From Podarcis erhardii (taxonomy: Eukaryota), in the NCBI GenBank assembly GCA_964252035.1, contig OZ176207.1: DNA of 64,000 nt; one strand, 5' to 3'. A program made the position numbers and the translations under genes. The notes below the pieces were generated by a model, which searched no databases, had not been told where the DNA came from, and worked only from the letters and a program-made list of their open reading frames with translations. Below, one piece after another: positions 62,358-64,000 of the stretch; the stretch's first letter is position 1; every line of letters begins with the position of its first letter.

Positions 62358-63224
62358 TACTTTTGTAAACCAAGAAAATATTTAATAAAAAAATATTTTT
62401 AAAAAGAAATCATATAAAATATCAGATGTGCAAGATCAGAAGCTTGCAAACAGCCACTCAGCTCAGCAGTTGAGTGCCTATGGGCTTTAAAGAAAAAAGA
62501 AAAAAAGGGTATATATTGTAAGTTACAGTTTTTGAGAGGGTTTGATCAGCTCTATTAATTAGTGAATAAGATCTATTAATCAGCTGATACTTATGTTATA
62601 GGCTTTTGGTGATTTTAAATCTCAGAATAAAATTGGATAAAGCAAAAAAAATAGAATGATTAAACTGAGATTCAATTGAAAATCTGCTTATGTGTATGCA
62701 TTACTTGGGAAGGTCTAGTTATGCTAATCTCTAGTTATTTCACACAAGTCAGGATCAAATCAAATGTTATGATCCTGTGTTATTCACTAACCATAGTTTA
62801 AAGTAACCAGAGTTTCCAAGTTTGAACTTAATGAGGGAACTCTGGTAACCTACCAAGCGGCTTAATATATAATCTCTCACAGAGATTTCTCTCCTTTCTG
62901 TACAGGTGTCAATAGAACAAATTAGAAGGGTAGAGGAATATTTCTAACTGGTGCTAGTGGATTCCGTTACAGCTTTGTAGGCCTTTATGCCATGGGAATG
63001 CAGAACATTCAGCTGTGTCCTTAATTAATAGCTTTAAAATAGTGGTGCTTTCTTCTTATTTCATTATGACTGAGGCAGTGTGTAATCTTTGATTCTGAAG
63101 TCACTCAAGAACAGCATTGGTAACTGGTCACTGTTTATTTACAGATGACAAAACAAGCTAGAGACAGAAAAACAAGCTGTATTAATGCATTCCTCCCCCC
63201 TTTAAATAATAAATAAACATCCAT

Positions 63225-63364
63225 GTAGTTTTGGCATCTCCCGATTAGGACTAAGACAGTCCCCTGTCGGAAGCCCTGCGGAGCCTCTGCCATTTAGTGT
63301 GGATGGGACTGTGCTAGATGGAGCAATGGTTTGACTTGGTATAAGGCTTCTTCCTATGTGTCTA
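63225..63364 (+). mobile_element. 3' half of Squam2-like SINE
   Basis: ggcatctcc...gaagccctgcggagcctctgcca..tagtgtgga...gctagatggagcaatggtttgacttggtataaggcttcttcctatgtgtcta. Confidence 0.55.
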
Positions 63365-64000
63365 CACCCTCTTACTTGAAGGGAAATGTTGACACAGCCT
63401 CCGTTGTCGCTGTATTTCTTTGTGGTCAAATCCCTCCCCTAAAGGGAAAGGGGTGCCACATAATTGCAGAGTCCAATGTAAAAATATGCCACCACAAACT
63501 GAAGCATCATTTGAGCATCTTCACTGAGTGCTGTTGGTTTTGCTCCTCGATAATTATATTCTTCATATATAGCATAAGTAACTCTTCCTATCACTGGAAT
63601 GATTTGTTCTTTCTGAAAATAGCACCTTGCCACAAATAATAATTAAAGGCGTTAAAAGGCATACTTGACTCTAGATATGGTAAGATGCAATAGATACTCA
63701 GTGTACAGATTCTGCACACTTGCAAATGAGATGGGCTGGGGTGACCTGGTTGCAGTCTCTGGCTTACCATCTGTGATTCATTGTAATTTGTAGGAAAGCA
63801 GTCATTTAACACCTTTCGATATAACCACATTGAACTGCGAAGTGGTGAGTCCTGACTCTGCAGCCACTGTTAACGTAGTTCTACAGACCAAAGTTCTTTT
63901 CCATCTGCATCATTAACATCCCTGATGCACTGAAGAAGAAATAAACAAAGAGGACTTGGATTGGGCTGTTTGGCTCAAAGAATAGTGATAATGCATATAT

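Larger units (their letters stand above)
13012..64000 (+). other. TRPS1: TRPS1 long intron preceding the GATA zinc-finger exon (continues past window end)
   Basis: Starts at GT 13012. No ORF or fragment encoding the GATA finger (CANCLTTKTSLWRKN-like) was seen downstream. The equivalent mammalian intron is very long. Confidence 0.85.

Noticed and set aside
13012-64000. TRPS1 GATA-finger and terminal exons, or a nested gene
   Set aside because: No matching translation was seen in the ORF track or by eye. The strong-looking acceptors (e.g. about 27627, 62905) have no coherent coding exon.

Overview
This is vertebrate genomic DNA, most likely from a lacertid lizard (inferred from Sauria-SINE, Bov-B and squamate MITE content). 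It lies inside the TRPS1 gene on the + strand. Two internal coding exons are present (885-2014 and 12405-13011, C2H2 zinc fingers), separated by a 10.4 kb intron. The remaining ~51 kb is the long intron before the GATA-finger exon, which I did not find in the window. The introns hold a young L1 fragment, two Bov-B fragments, three Sauria SINEs, CR1/L2 remnants, tRNA-, MIR- and 5S-derived SINEs, Penelope-like fragments with hammerhead-ribozyme cores, many TcMar and hAT MITEs, a probable solo LTR and microsatellites. Almost all other ORFs in the track are spurious. The most notable observations: (i) three RTE/Bov-B-mobilised insertions carry templated filler DNA at their 5' junctions, namely a 41-bp snap-back hairpin, a short fold-back plus direct copy, and a 17-nt copy of DNA 1.5 kb away; (ii) a Tc2-like MITE whose interior is a serial array of about 8 hairpins; (iii) possible intronic-polyadenylation switches that would truncate TRPS1 before its GATA finger. 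I found no evidence for a new protein-coding system. Repeat family names come from recognising consensus-like sequence, not from a database search, and boundaries of old repeats are approximate.
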